Positions 9,082 to 17,660 of a DNA stretch of 64,000 bases are shown here, in pieces (the stretch's first letter is position 1; the number at the start of each line of letters is the position of its first letter). Position numbers and translations under genes: made by a program. The notes under the pieces are model-generated. The model searched no databases, had not been told where the DNA came from, and saw only the letters and a list, made by a program, of their open reading frames with translations. This DNA comes from Escherichia coli (lineage in GTDB: Bacteria > Pseudomonadota > Gammaproteobacteria > Enterobacterales > Enterobacteriaceae), in assembly GCF_051903065.1 (NCBI RefSeq), contig NZ_CP178438.1; one strand, written 5' to 3'.

Positions 9082-9906
9082 TCAGGCGGTGAAAGTACCA
9101 ATAAAGGTTTCTACTTTGCTGTCCTTGAATTTCTCAACAAGCAGATCACGAAATTCGTTAGCCATTTCTTCCTGCACCGCCTCCAGCTGAATAATGCGCA
9201 GAACCAGTACAGGACGATCGCCAGTGATAATGCTGAGGCGTAATTTAAACGGACGTTCTTTCAGACCTTCAAACGGAACGCATTTAAATTCAAATGCCAC
9301 TGGCATAATGTCTTTGGTCTTCGCTTCGACAGACTCCATCAGGGAGCGTTTGCCGCTGAAGTCATTGTCTTCAAAATCAGCGGTCTGGTTCGCTTCAATT
9401 GTGATTTTACGGATCGCCGCAGCCGCTTTGGTTGCCTGAATGGCGTCACCATTAGCATCAAAGCCCACAAGGTAGTCTGCCCAGTCTTCAATCCATTCTG
9501 CCAGTGACTTCTGGGAGTTACGCTCGCCATTAACAGACAACAGAGCAGAGAACGGTGCTGTCTTTTTCAGTTTGAGAGTGGCGGTGTTATCTGCGTGACC
9601 TGGTTCATCAATAGTACCCAGGTTAAGCACACTGACGGCTCGCATATTATCGGCATCGATAAAGCAGCGGGTGCCTTCATCTGCAAGATCTTTAGAATAA
9701 CGGGTAAAGTCATCGATGCTGGCAGTGGAAAGTGCACCACGGAAACGGAAACGATTTAAATTAAATTTTTCCAGATCATGAATGCGGAAATTCTCAGGCA
9801 ATGCCACAGCATCGGCACCAATCTTACTGATAATTTCATTAACACCCTGAGCAGAAATAAGGGCATGGATTTGATTAATTGCGGTTGAGTCTAAGTTCTG
9901 AGACAT
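9082..9906 (-). CDS. DUF2303-like phage protein (YfdQ-like)
   Basis: 274 aa [21 protein letters not shown]...; recalled resemblance to CPS-53 yfdQ. Confidence 0.55.
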   Translation of the reverse strand: MSQNLDSTAINQIHALISAQGVNEIISKIGADAVALPENFRIHDLEKFNLNRFRFRGALSTASIDDFTRYSKDLADEGTRCFIDADNMRAVSVLNLGTIDEPGHADNTATLKLKKTAPFSALLSVNGERNSQKSLAEWIEDWADYLVGFDANGDAIQATKAAAAIRKITIEANQTADFEDNDFSGKRSLMESVEAKTKDIMPVAFEFKCVPFEGLKERPFKLRLSIITGDRPVLVLRIIQLEAVQEEMANEFRDLLVEKFKDSKVETFIGTFTA

Positions 9907-9971
9907 AATAAGTCCTCACTATATTAAGATATTCAGTGATGAGATAAATAATCAGTTAATTAAGAACGATA

Positions 9972-10334
9972 TTAATGACCTGCTGCGCGGAGTTTTCCGT
10001 CAGGTTCACCGGCAAGAGTCAGTAATTGTCCCTGGTCTTCCTGCAGAATAGTCAGGCGACCACCGCGATTGACATACATCGGCGTTTCGGTGGTGTCTTC
10101 TTCGGAAATTTTCCCGCGGTTAGTCGGGCGAACATATGAGAGTTTGTGTTTGATTTTCACACGGTTCTCATCAAATGGTTCGATTTCCAGGTTGAGTGAG
10201 ACCTTACCTTTGGTTTTCGTGTTCATCACACCGGAAGCGACTTCACTGAGAACTGCGCCGATTTTGGTTTCAAATACGCCGCCGTCCAGCTCCCCGATAA
10301 ATTCCTGCACGTTGGTACTGCGTTCGCTAGCCAT
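9972..10334 (-). CDS. hypothetical phage early protein (120 aa, YfdP-like)
   Basis: Real start taken at the internal Met (MASERSTNVQEF...) preceded by GAGGAG; the track ORF was extended upstream across a hairpin region. Confidence 0.55.
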   Translation of the reverse strand: MASERSTNVQEFIGELDGGVFETKIGAVLSEVASGVMNTKTKGKVSLNLEIEPFDENRVKIKHKLSYVRPTNRGKISEEDTTETPMYVNRGGRLTILQEDQGQLLTLAGEPDGKLRAAGH

Positions 10335-10942
10335 TTTGCTGCTCCTCATCATATCGACCCTGCAAGGTCGGTTGGTTTCTCCACAAAACAGAGAAGAACA
10401 CCTGCGGTGGTAGCCGCCCGGATGGATTGGGTTATGAGCCCGTCGTCCGGTGATGCTCTTCTCTGTTTTGTAAAAAGAGCGGTACCAGCCGGAAGCAAGT
10501 GTACAAACTGGTACCGCCAAAGCAGTGGCTGTTGTGGTGGGGTTGTCACTCAGGCGTATGGTCAACCTGACAATCCGGTGTCCTCAACGGGGAAAGAGTA
10601 ACCCCGCCATACTTACCGCCGCGCCATTTCGCGGATTACCACAACGCTGAGAGCACTTAGCCAGTTACGGCACCACACTTTGTCGAGGTTCCATAAATGC
10701 CCTCATCGTTGCACCCTGGTCTCTTCCCAGGCGTCAAACCGAATCGCCACGCTGGTTAGGCGTCTTATCAGCATCCTCATTGACTTGCACATTCCGGCTA
10801 CCTGGTTTGTTTGCCCGAGCAAGGAGTGGATTGTCCCCTTTAACGTCCCCAGACCGCTAACGACGCATGTGCCATACGCCGTGTTACAACCAAATTTTGT
10901 CAGGACCTTGTTTGTTGGTCTGGAAAGAAAGATAAAATGAAA

Positions 10943-10980
10943 TTGCGTAACGTGCAAGTATTTTATTGCGAGATATGCAA
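10943..10980. promoter_or_regulatory. putative OL operators / pL region
   Basis: Two TTGC-N7-GCAA palindromes (TTGCGTAACGTGCAA 10943-10957; TTGCGAGATATGCAA 10966-10980), the same motif as at the cI/cro intergenic region. Confidence 0.5.
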
Positions 10981-10994
10981 TAGTGTGAGTAATG

Positions 10995-11016
10995 AAAAGC
11001 CACCTTCTGGTGGCTA
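10995..11016 (-). terminator. terminator downstream of the repressor gene
   Basis: GCCACC-ttct-GGTGGC hairpin (11000-11015) followed by a U-run on the minus strand. Confidence 0.55.
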
Positions 11017-11036
11017 ATTGATGTTGAGGTAGGGGG

Positions 11037-11729
11037 TTAATTGTGTCGCTTAAGGGTTTGTGACTGACTGATTAAGACCTTTCCAAAGACCATAAACCGG
11101 TGTTCGTTTTCGCTGGTAATTCCCCATTCGCGGTAAATCTGATTATCAGAAATTACCAGCAGTTTATCAGGTATCATTTGCAGTCGTTTGACGTAAATTT
11201 TATCATCAAAACCAAATACATATATACCATCCCCATCAAACTGATTGATACTGATATCAACGAAGATGAGATCTCCTGGCTCAATGGTTGGACACATACT
11301 GTCCCCACGAACGTTGATAACTTTAATGTGATTTGCTGGTCGTCCACCAAACATCGATACAGCATTATCAGTTCTGTATTCAATGGCATGAATCACATCA
11401 ATGACATCACCGCCCTGGATAAGGCCATTTCCCGCACTGGCACTGACATCCAGCATTTCAATACGGAATACATCCTTCACCTGCGCAACATCCTCACTAA
11501 TACTGTTTTTACATACAGTATTACTTTTGAGGTCTGAGGTAAAGAGATCAGCAATATCAACACCTAAGCTCCTGGCAATATTACTCAGGGCTTGTTCAGT
11601 GAATTGTTTCTGCTTACCTGTTTCGAGGCGCGAGATATTCGCCGCATCCACTCCTATTGCTTCAGCGAGATCGGCGATTTTCATGTTCTTCGCCTGGCGA
11701 AGTTGTCTGACTCGATTTCCTATGTTCAT
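11037..11729 (-). CDS. CI-like prophage repressor (HTH_XRE + S24 LexA-like peptidase domain)
   Basis: 230 aa; N-terminal IGNRVRQLRQAKNMKIADLAEAIGVDAANISRLETGK (HTH); C-terminal ..VRGDSMCPTIEPGDLIFVD...KRL (Ser/Lys autocleavage-type motifs). Confidence 0.85.
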   Translation of the reverse strand: MNIGNRVRQLRQAKNMKIADLAEAIGVDAANISRLETGKQKQFTEQALSNIARSLGVDIADLFTSDLKSNTVCKNSISEDVAQVKDVFRIEMLDVSASAGNGLIQGGDVIDVIHAIEYRTDNAVSMFGGRPANHIKVINVRGDSMCPTIEPGDLIFVDISINQFDGDGIYVFGFDDKIYVKRLQMIPDKLLVISDNQIYREWGITSENEHRFMVFGKVLISQSQTLKRHN

Positions 11730-11826
11730 GCGTTTATTACATTTCTTTATTGCGCGTTAAGCAAATCAACTTGCGCAAAATATTTGCGTGAAATAATATG
11801 CTCATCACGCAATATGTGGAGGTTAT
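11730..11826. promoter_or_regulatory. divergent PRM/PR promoter-operator region
   Basis: TTGCGCGTTAAGCAA (11750-11764; TTGC-N7-GCAA), palindromic TTGCGCAA (11771-11778), inverted repeat TTGCGTGA...TCACGCAA (11784-11812); candidate PR -35 TTGCGC / -10 TAATAT with 17-bp spacing. Confidence 0.6.
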
Positions 11827-12087
11827 ATGCAATCACCATTACGGAATGTGCGTAAGGCGCACGGATTTACTTTGCAGCATGTTGCTGCGGGCGTTCAGGT
11901 CAATCCAGCGACGCTGAGTCGTATTGAAAGACTGGAACAAATTCCATCTATCGATCTTGCAGAACGTCTGGCCAATTTTTTTAAGGGTGAAATCAGCGAA
12001 ATGCAGATTCTTTATCCGGCACGTTTTCAATCTAGCCAAAACCAGAATGGGTTTAAACCACAGGAACAGGAGGTAAGCCGTGGGTAA
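11827..12087 (+). CDS. Cro-like HTH regulator
   Basis: 86 aa; GGAGG RBS; ..AHGFTLQHVAAGVQVNPATLSRIER.. HTH; divergent from the repressor gene. Confidence 0.75.
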   Translation: MQSPLRNVRKAHGFTLQHVAAGVQVNPATLSRIERLEQIPSIDLAERLANFFKGEISEMQILYPARFQSSQNQNGFKPQEQEVSRG

Positions 12088-12631
12088 GCATCATTGGAAA
12101 GTGGAAAAACAACCTGAGTGGTACGTGAAAGCTGTCAGAAAAACTATCGCGGCATTGCCAGGGGGTTACGCTGAAGCTGCTGACTGGCTGGATGTAACAG
12201 AGAACGCTTTATTCAACCGCCTTCGTGCAGATGGCGATCAGATTTTCCCGTTGGGATGGGCAATGGTTTTACAGCGTGCTGCTGGCAATCACCACATTGC
12301 GGATGCTGTCGCACAGTCTGCTGGTGGGGTGTTTGTATCACTTCCTGAAATTGAGGAAGTAGAGAACGCCGATATCAACCAGCGCCTGCTGGAGGTCATT
12401 GAACAGATCGGCAGTTATTCCAGACAGATTCGTTCAGCAATTGAAGACGGGGTGGTGGAACCACACGAGCAGGCAGCAATTAACGACGAGCTGTACATGT
12501 CAATTTCGAAGCTGCAGGAGCATGCAGCACTGGTCTACAAAATCTTTTGCGCTCCAGAAAAGAGTGACGCCCGCGAGTGTGCAGCTCCGGGCGCCGTGGC
12601 GTTTTGTGTCTGTGGAGAAACTAACGCATGA
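12080..12631 (+). CDS. hypothetical early protein (position of a CII-like regulator)
   Basis: 183 aa, GTG start with AGGAGG RBS, overlaps the cro stop; family not recognised. Confidence 0.45.
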   Translation: MGKHHWKVEKQPEWYVKAVRKTIAALPGGYAEAADWLDVTENALFNRLRADGDQIFPLGWAMVLQRAAGNHHIADAVAQSAGGVFVSLPEIEEVENADINQRLLEVIEQIGSYSRQIRSAIEDGVVEPHEQAAINDELYMSISKLQEHAALVYKIFCAPEKSDARECAAPGAVAFCVCGETNA

Positions 12632-12966
12632 ACAGTTTAACAACACACTACCGTCGCTCGCAACTGATTGCGCTTCCTGTACCGGGTGGAAAAGCGAAGG
12701 TGGAGTATTGCTATGCAGTGAATGTACCAGGTGACAGGGAAATTGTAACCCACAGCTTTGCAGAGTGGGCTGTGGGTGATTTCAACCGGCAGAAGGAGAC
12801 AGTCCTTTGCGACAAGTTAACCGCTGGTTCAAAGATCACTACGGAGTGCCCGTCAGAGTCATTCGTTGGGAGCCGGAAACACAACGGGTTATCTACCTCC
12901 GTGAAGGCTATGAACATGAATGCTTCAGTCCGCTCGAACAGTTTCGTCGTAAATTCAGGGAAATAG
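12628..12966 (+). CDS. hypothetical protein; an overlapping ORF in another frame (12807-13019) may represent a frameshift or second gene
   Basis: ATGA start-stop overlap with the upstream gene; the alternative frame looks more protein-like toward the 3' end. Confidence 0.3.
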   Translation: MNSLTTHYRRSQLIALPVPGGKAKVEYCYAVNVPGDREIVTHSFAEWAVGDFNRQKETVLCDKLTAGSKITTECPSESFVGSRKHNGLSTSVKAMNMNASVRSNSFVVNSGK

Positions 12967-12975
12967 AGGTCGGTC

Positions 12976-13968
12976 ATGAGCCTGTTAATGACATCCCAGC
13001 CCATTGTGATAAATCGTGATCTTGCATGCCGTATTGGTCTGAATGAGGCAATTGTGTTGCAGCAGCTTCATTACTGGCTGAATGAAACGAATTCAGGCAC
13101 TGAGCATGGCGGAATTCGCTGGGTTTATAACACGACAGAACAGTGGCTGGAGCAGTTTCCGTTCTGGTCAGAGTCCACTCTGAAACGCACATTTGCAAGC
13201 CTGAAATCACTTGGGGTTTTGCGTCGCGAGCAACTCAATAAATCGAAGCGTGACATGACCAACTTCTACACGATCAACTATGAAAGTGAGCTTTTAGAAG
13301 AGGTCAAAGTGAACGAATCGATCAGGTCAAAATGCACTTCTCCATCGGGTCAAAGTGACCTGATGGATGGGCGCAAAATGACACGATCCATTGGTTCAAA
13401 ACGACACGCTGTCATCGGGTCAAAATGGCCCAATGATCTTACAGAGAATACAACAGAGATTACTACAGAGAATAAAACCTCTTCTCGTCCGGACGCTTCG
13501 CAACCGGACACGCAAACGGCTGAACAGGAGTTTTTAACTCGCCATCCTGATGCGGTTGTATTCAGCCCTAAAAAGCGCCAGTGGGGAACGCAGGATGATT
13601 TGACCTGCGCACAGTGGCTCTGGAAAAAAATCATCGCCCTGTACGAGCAGGCCGCCGAATGTGACGGCGAGGTGGTTCGTCCCAAAGAACCGAACTGGAC
13701 AGCCTGGGCAAACGAAATTCGCCTGATGTGTGTGCAGGATGGTCGTACTCACAAACAAATCTGCGAGATGTACAGCCGCGTCAGCCGCGATCCGTTCTGG
13801 TGCCGTAACGTGCTCAGCCCGTCGAAGTTGCGGGAAAAATGGGATGAGCTTTCCCTGCGCTTATCGCCGTCCGTCAGCACGCACACAGAAAAACGTGAAG
13901 ACCCGTACTTCAAAGCCAGTTACGACAACGTGGACTACAGCCAGATCCCGGCAGGATTCAGGGGGTGA
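12976..13968 (+). CDS. replication initiator (lambda O-like / DnaD-like N-terminal domain) containing the origin iterons
   Basis: 330 aa; N-terminal winged-helix-like region; iterons lie within the coding sequence, as in lambda O. Confidence 0.65.
   Translation: MSLLMTSQPIVINRDLACRIGLNEAIVLQQLHYWLNETNSGTEHGGIRWVYNTTEQWLEQFPFWSESTLKRTFASLKSLGVLRREQLNKSKRDMTNFYTINYESELLEEVKVNESIRSKCTSPSGQSDLMDGRKMTRSIGSKRHAVIGSKWPNDLTENTTEITTENKTSSRPDASQPDTQTAEQEFLTRHPDAVVFSPKKRQWGTQDDLTCAQWLWKKIIALYEQAAECDGEVVRPKEPNWTAWANEIRLMCVQDGRTHKQICEMYSRVSRDPFWCRNVLSPSKLREKWDELSLRLSPSVSTHTEKREDPYFKASYDNVDYSQIPAGFRG
13301..13475. repeat. putative phage origin: five GGT(C/T)CAAA(A/G)-type iterons plus AT-rich ACAGAGAATA repeats
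   Basis: GGTCAAAGTG (13303), GGTCAAAATG (13325), GGTCAAAGTG (13348), GGTTCAAAACG (13393), GGTCAAAATG (13418); ACAGAGAATA x2 at 13441-13475. Confidence 0.6.
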
Positions 13969-14459
13969 TCATGAGTCTTTTGAATGAAGTTCAGAAATTC
14001 ATTGAAGCCCATCCGGGGTGTACTTCCGGAGACATTGCGGATGCTTTTGCAGGTTACTCACGGCAGCGCGTTCTGCAGTCAGCAAGCAAGTTACGTCAGA
14101 GTGGGCGTGTGGCTCACCGTTGTGAAGGAGATACACGCAGACATTTCCCACGCCTGACTGAGAGAGCGCAGGAGCCGGAACCACAACCAGTTCGTGAAAC
14201 CAGACCTGTGCGCAATTTCTATGTCGGCACTAACGATCCCCGGGTGATTTTGTGCCTGACCCGCCAGGCGGAAGAACTGGAGTCCAGGGGCCTATACCGT
14301 CGTGCTGCAACGGTGTGGATGGCGGCATTCCGTGAAAGCCACTCCCAGCCAGAACGAAACAATTTTCTGGTGCGTCGTGAGCAGTGTTTACGGAAAAGCA
14401 GCAAGCGCGCTGTATCGGGTGATGAGTGGTATCTGTCAGGGAATTACGTGGGGGCTTAA
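13965..14459 (+). CDS. hypothetical protein (possible DNA-binding/replication accessory)
   Basis: 164 aa; ATGA overlap with the O-like gene; no family recognised. Confidence 0.4.
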   Translation: MIMSLLNEVQKFIEAHPGCTSGDIADAFAGYSRQRVLQSASKLRQSGRVAHRCEGDTRRHFPRLTERAQEPEPQPVRETRPVRNFYVGTNDPRVILCLTRQAEELESRGLYRRAATVWMAAFRESHSQPERNNFLVRREQCLRKSSKRAVSGDEWYLSGNYVGA

Positions 14460-15112
14460 TGAGTAATAAATATTGCCAGGAGCTGGTGGAACTGCGGAAC
14501 AAACCAGCCCATGAACTGAAGGAAGTGGGTGATCAGTGGCGCACGCCGGACAACATTTTCTGGGGAATTAACACCCTGTTTGGCCCGTTTGTTCTGGATC
14601 TGTTCACTGACGGTGATAACGCCAAATGTGCCGCGTATTACACGGCGGAAGACAACGCGCTGGCGCATGACTGGTCAGAACGCCTTGCGGAGCTTAAAGG
14701 TGCTGCCTTTGGTAATCCTCCATACAGCCGCGCCAGTCAGCATGAGGGGCAATACATCACCGGCATGCGTTACATCATGAAACATGCCAGTGCCATGCGT
14801 GATAAGGGCGGGCGCTATGTTTTCCTGATCAAAGCTGCCACCAGCGAAGTGTGGTGGCCGGAAGATGCAGATCATATTGCTTTTATTCGCGGGCGTATTG
14901 GTTTTGAACTGCCTGTCTGGTTTATCCCGAAAGACGAGAAGCAGGTACCGACAGGAGCTTTTTTCGCTGGTGCTATTGCTGTTTTTGACAAGACCTGGAA
15001 GGGACCGGCAATCAGCTACATCGGGCGCGATGAACTTGAGGCATGTGGTGAGGCGTTTCTGGCGCAGGTTCGCCAGCAGGCGGAAAAACTGGTCAGGGAG
15101 ATGGCGGCATGA
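14459..15112 (+). CDS. phage Dam-type N6-adenine DNA methyltransferase
   Basis: Start at the internal ATG overlapping the upstream stop (TAATG); catalytic ..AFGNPPYSRA.. (NPPY) motif. Confidence 0.7.
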   Translation: MSNKYCQELVELRNKPAHELKEVGDQWRTPDNIFWGINTLFGPFVLDLFTDGDNAKCAAYYTAEDNALAHDWSERLAELKGAAFGNPPYSRASQHEGQYITGMRYIMKHASAMRDKGGRYVFLIKAATSEVWWPEDADHIAFIRGRIGFELPVWFIPKDEKQVPTGAFFAGAIAVFDKTWKGPAISYIGRDELEACGEAFLAQVRQQAEKLVREMAA

Positions 15113-15435
15113 CGACATTAACTCAATGCCAGCAGCAGGTGCTGGATATGCTGATTTCTTATCAGAAAGAGCGTGGCTTTCCGCCAACCAATCAGGAGGT
15201 GGCAACCATGCTGGGATACCGTTCAGTGAATGCAGCGGTGGAGCATCTTCGCGCACTGGAGAAAAAAGGCGTCATCACGATAAAGCGTGGCGTGGCCCGG
15301 GGGATAACGCTTCATACCGCGGTGAAGGACGACGACAGCGAGGCGGTCGGGATTATCCGCGCACTGCTTGCCGGTGAGGAAAACGCAAGGCTGCGTGCAA
15401 CCCACTGGTTACATGAGAGGGACCTGAAAGTATGA
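15109..15435 (+). CDS. LexA N-terminal DNA-binding-domain-like protein lacking the peptidase domain
   Basis: 108 aa; MTTLTQCQQQVLDMLISYQKERGFPPTNQEVATMLGYRSVNAAVEHLRALEKKGVITIKRGVARGITL aligns by eye with host LexA residues 1-69 in this same window. Confidence 0.7.
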   Translation: MTTLTQCQQQVLDMLISYQKERGFPPTNQEVATMLGYRSVNAAVEHLRALEKKGVITIKRGVARGITLHTAVKDDDSEAVGIIRALLAGEENARLRATHWLHERDLKV

Positions 15436-15821
15436 AGCTGATCCTGCCTTTTCCGCCCAGCGTGAACACGTACTGGCGACACCCCAACAAAGGGGCATTT
15501 TCTGGTAAGAGCCTGATAAGCGCGGCGGGGCGAAAATTTCAGAGCGCGGCGTGCGCAGCAATAGTTGAGCAGTTACGTCGTCTGCCAAAACCAACGTCGG
15601 CACCTGCTTCAGTGGAGATCGTGTTGTTTCCTCCGGATAACCGGATCCGCGATCTGGACAACTATAACAAGGCGCTGTTTGACGCCCTGACCCACGCGGG
15701 TGTGTGGGAAGACGACAGACAGGTGAAAAGAATGCTGGTGGAGTGGGGACCGGTTATCCCGGAAGGGAAGGTCGAGATCACTATCAGTAAGTACGAGAAA
15801 ACGGCGGGTGCAGCCGCCTGA
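15432..15821 (+). CDS. rusA: RusA Holliday-junction resolvase
   Basis: 129 aa; ..LPFPPSVNTYWRH..RDLDNYNKALFDALTHAGVWEDDRQV.. matches the recalled RusA family pattern. Confidence 0.8.
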   Translation: MKLILPFPPSVNTYWRHPNKGAFSGKSLISAAGRKFQSAACAAIVEQLRRLPKPTSAPASVEIVLFPPDNRIRDLDNYNKALFDALTHAGVWEDDRQVKRMLVEWGPVIPEGKVEITISKYEKTAGAAA

Positions 15822-15840
15822 GCAAAAGGAGAAACGAAGT

Positions 15841-16650
15841 ATGAATAATCTGATGGTCATTGATGGTATTGAAGTTCGTCGTGATGCTTATGGGCGTTAC
15901 AGCCTGAACGATCTGCATCGCGCAGCAGTAGCATCTGGTGCAAATGCCAGAACCAAGGAGCCGGGAAAGTTTCTTTCCAGCCAACAAACTGTTGAGCTTG
16001 TTCATGAATTGACCAACACCCAGAATTTGGGTGTTGACCCGGTGAGTGTGATTCATGGGGGAAATGAAAGGGGAACGTATGTCTGCAAGGAACTGGTGTA
16101 TGCCTATGCAATGTGGATCAGCCCGTCATTCCATCTGAAGGTGATCCGTACTTTCGATATGGTAACCAGCGCACCGGAAAAATTATCCGGACAGGCTGCT
16201 GACAAGATGCAGGCTGGCGTGATCCTGCTGGACTTTATGCGCCGGGAGTTAAACCTGTCTAACTCTTCAGTGCTTGGTGCCTGTCAGAAACTCCAGGAGG
16301 CTGTTGGCTTACCGAATCTGGCACCGCGCTATGCCATTGATGCTCCTGCTGACGCGCCTGATGGCTCAAGCCGCCCCACGCTATCATTGAGTGCACTGCT
16401 GAAGCAGTATGGTATCCGCCTGACAGCTAATCAGGCATATCACCAGATGGCGAAGCTGGGGATCGTTGAACAACGTGAACGATACAGCCGCACTGCGATT
16501 AACAACATCAAAAAATTCTGGTCGCTGACAGCGAAAGGCTGCATGTTCGGCAAGAACATCACCAGTCCCGCAAATCCGCGCGAGACGCAGCCGCATTTCT
16601 TCGAATCCCGATTCCCTGAGCTGTTAAAGCTGCTCGATACCGTTCATTGA
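15841..16650 (+). CDS. KilA-N domain protein (anti-repressor-like)
   Basis: 270 aa; MNNLMVIDGIEVRRDAYGRYSLNDLHRAA.. N-terminus typical of KilA-N; ATG preceded by AAAGGAG. Confidence 0.6.
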   Translation: MNNLMVIDGIEVRRDAYGRYSLNDLHRAAVASGANARTKEPGKFLSSQQTVELVHELTNTQNLGVDPVSVIHGGNERGTYVCKELVYAYAMWISPSFHLKVIRTFDMVTSAPEKLSGQAADKMQAGVILLDFMRRELNLSNSSVLGACQKLQEAVGLPNLAPRYAIDAPADAPDGSSRPTLSLSALLKQYGIRLTANQAYHQMAKLGIVEQRERYSRTAINNIKKFWSLTAKGCMFGKNITSPANPRETQPHFFESRFPELLKLLDTVH

Positions 16651-16651
16651 G

Positions 16652-17647
16652 GTGACCGTGAGAGCACTACTGACTCCTGAAATTGCCCCGCGTATGGGGA
16701 TCGTATTGTTCAGGCCAGGTTCAGAGCTGATGCCCCTGTTTATGCAGGGGCGTGTCCTGTTGGAGCCTGAGCCGGAACGTTATTCATCTTTTGCCAGTGG
16801 TGCCGTTCCGGCGGTATCACAACCGCTGGCGGATGATCCTGCCGTTCGGGGCGTGTTCCGCAATGAGGCAGTGATCCGTCGTGCTGGTGGCGTGGAATGT
16901 CTTGAAAGCTGGTTACTTCGTGAAAAGGGCTGTCAGTGGCCTCATTCCGACTGGCACAGCGAGAACATGACCACAATGCGGCACGCGCCGGGCGCAATCC
17001 GTCTGTGCTGGCACTGCGATAACCAGCTGCGCGATCAGTTCACGGAACGGCTGGAATCAATGGCAACGGATAACTGTGCCCGCTGGGTATTGTCTGTTGT
17101 GCGTCGGGATCTCGGTTTTGATGATAGTCACGTTGTGACAATGCCGGAACTGTGCTGGTGGCTGGTTCGTAATGACCTGGCGGATGCCTTACCGGAAAGT
17201 GCAGCCCGTAAGGCACTGAGATTACCGAAGCCTGTTGTGCCGTCTGTCACCCGGGAAAGTGACCTTGTGCCTTCGGTTCCTGCCACCAGCATCATCCAGG
17301 ATAAGGCGAAAAAGGTGCTGGCGCTGAAAGTGGATCCGGAGTCGCCGGAGTCTTTTATGTTACGCCCAAAACGTCGCCGCTGGGTTAATGAAAAGTACAC
17401 GCGCTGGGTTAAGACACAGCCGTGTGCATGTTGTGGAAAGCCCGCTGATGATCCCCACCACCTGATAGGCCACGGTCAGGGGGGAATGGGTACAAAAGCG
17501 CATGACCTCTTTGTGTTGCCTTTGTGCAGAAAGCATCACGACGAGCTGCATGCGGATACCGTGGCATTTGAAGAGAAGTATGGCTCCCAGTTGGAGCTGA
17601 TATTTCGTTTTATCGATCGTGCGCTGGCAATAGGCGTACTGGCGTAA
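16652..17647 (+). CDS. DUF968-type nin-region protein with C-terminal Cys/His nuclease-like motif
   Basis: C-terminus ..CACCGKPADDPHHLIGHGQGGMGTKAHDLFVLPLCRKHHDELH..; start may be the GTG at 16658. Confidence 0.55.
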   Translation: MTVRALLTPEIAPRMGIVLFRPGSELMPLFMQGRVLLEPEPERYSSFASGAVPAVSQPLADDPAVRGVFRNEAVIRRAGGVECLESWLLREKGCQWPHSDWHSENMTTMRHAPGAIRLCWHCDNQLRDQFTERLESMATDNCARWVLSVVRRDLGFDDSHVVTMPELCWWLVRNDLADALPESAARKALRLPKPVVPSVTRESDLVPSVPATSIIQDKAKKVLALKVDPESPESFMLRPKRRRWVNEKYTRWVKTQPCACCGKPADDPHHLIGHGQGGMGTKAHDLFVLPLCRKHHDELHADTVAFEEKYGSQLELIFRFIDRALAIGVLA

Positions 17648-17660
17648 GTGGAGAACGAGC

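Noticed and set aside
10680-10957. ORFs 10680-10940 (+) and 10703-10957 (-) in the pL leader, considered as a possible N-like antiterminator
   Set aside because: The minus-strand ORF would start inside the operator palindromes with no 5' UTR and lacks an arginine-rich motif; the plus-strand ORF is antisense to early transcription. Neither is convincing; the region is treated as a structured leader.
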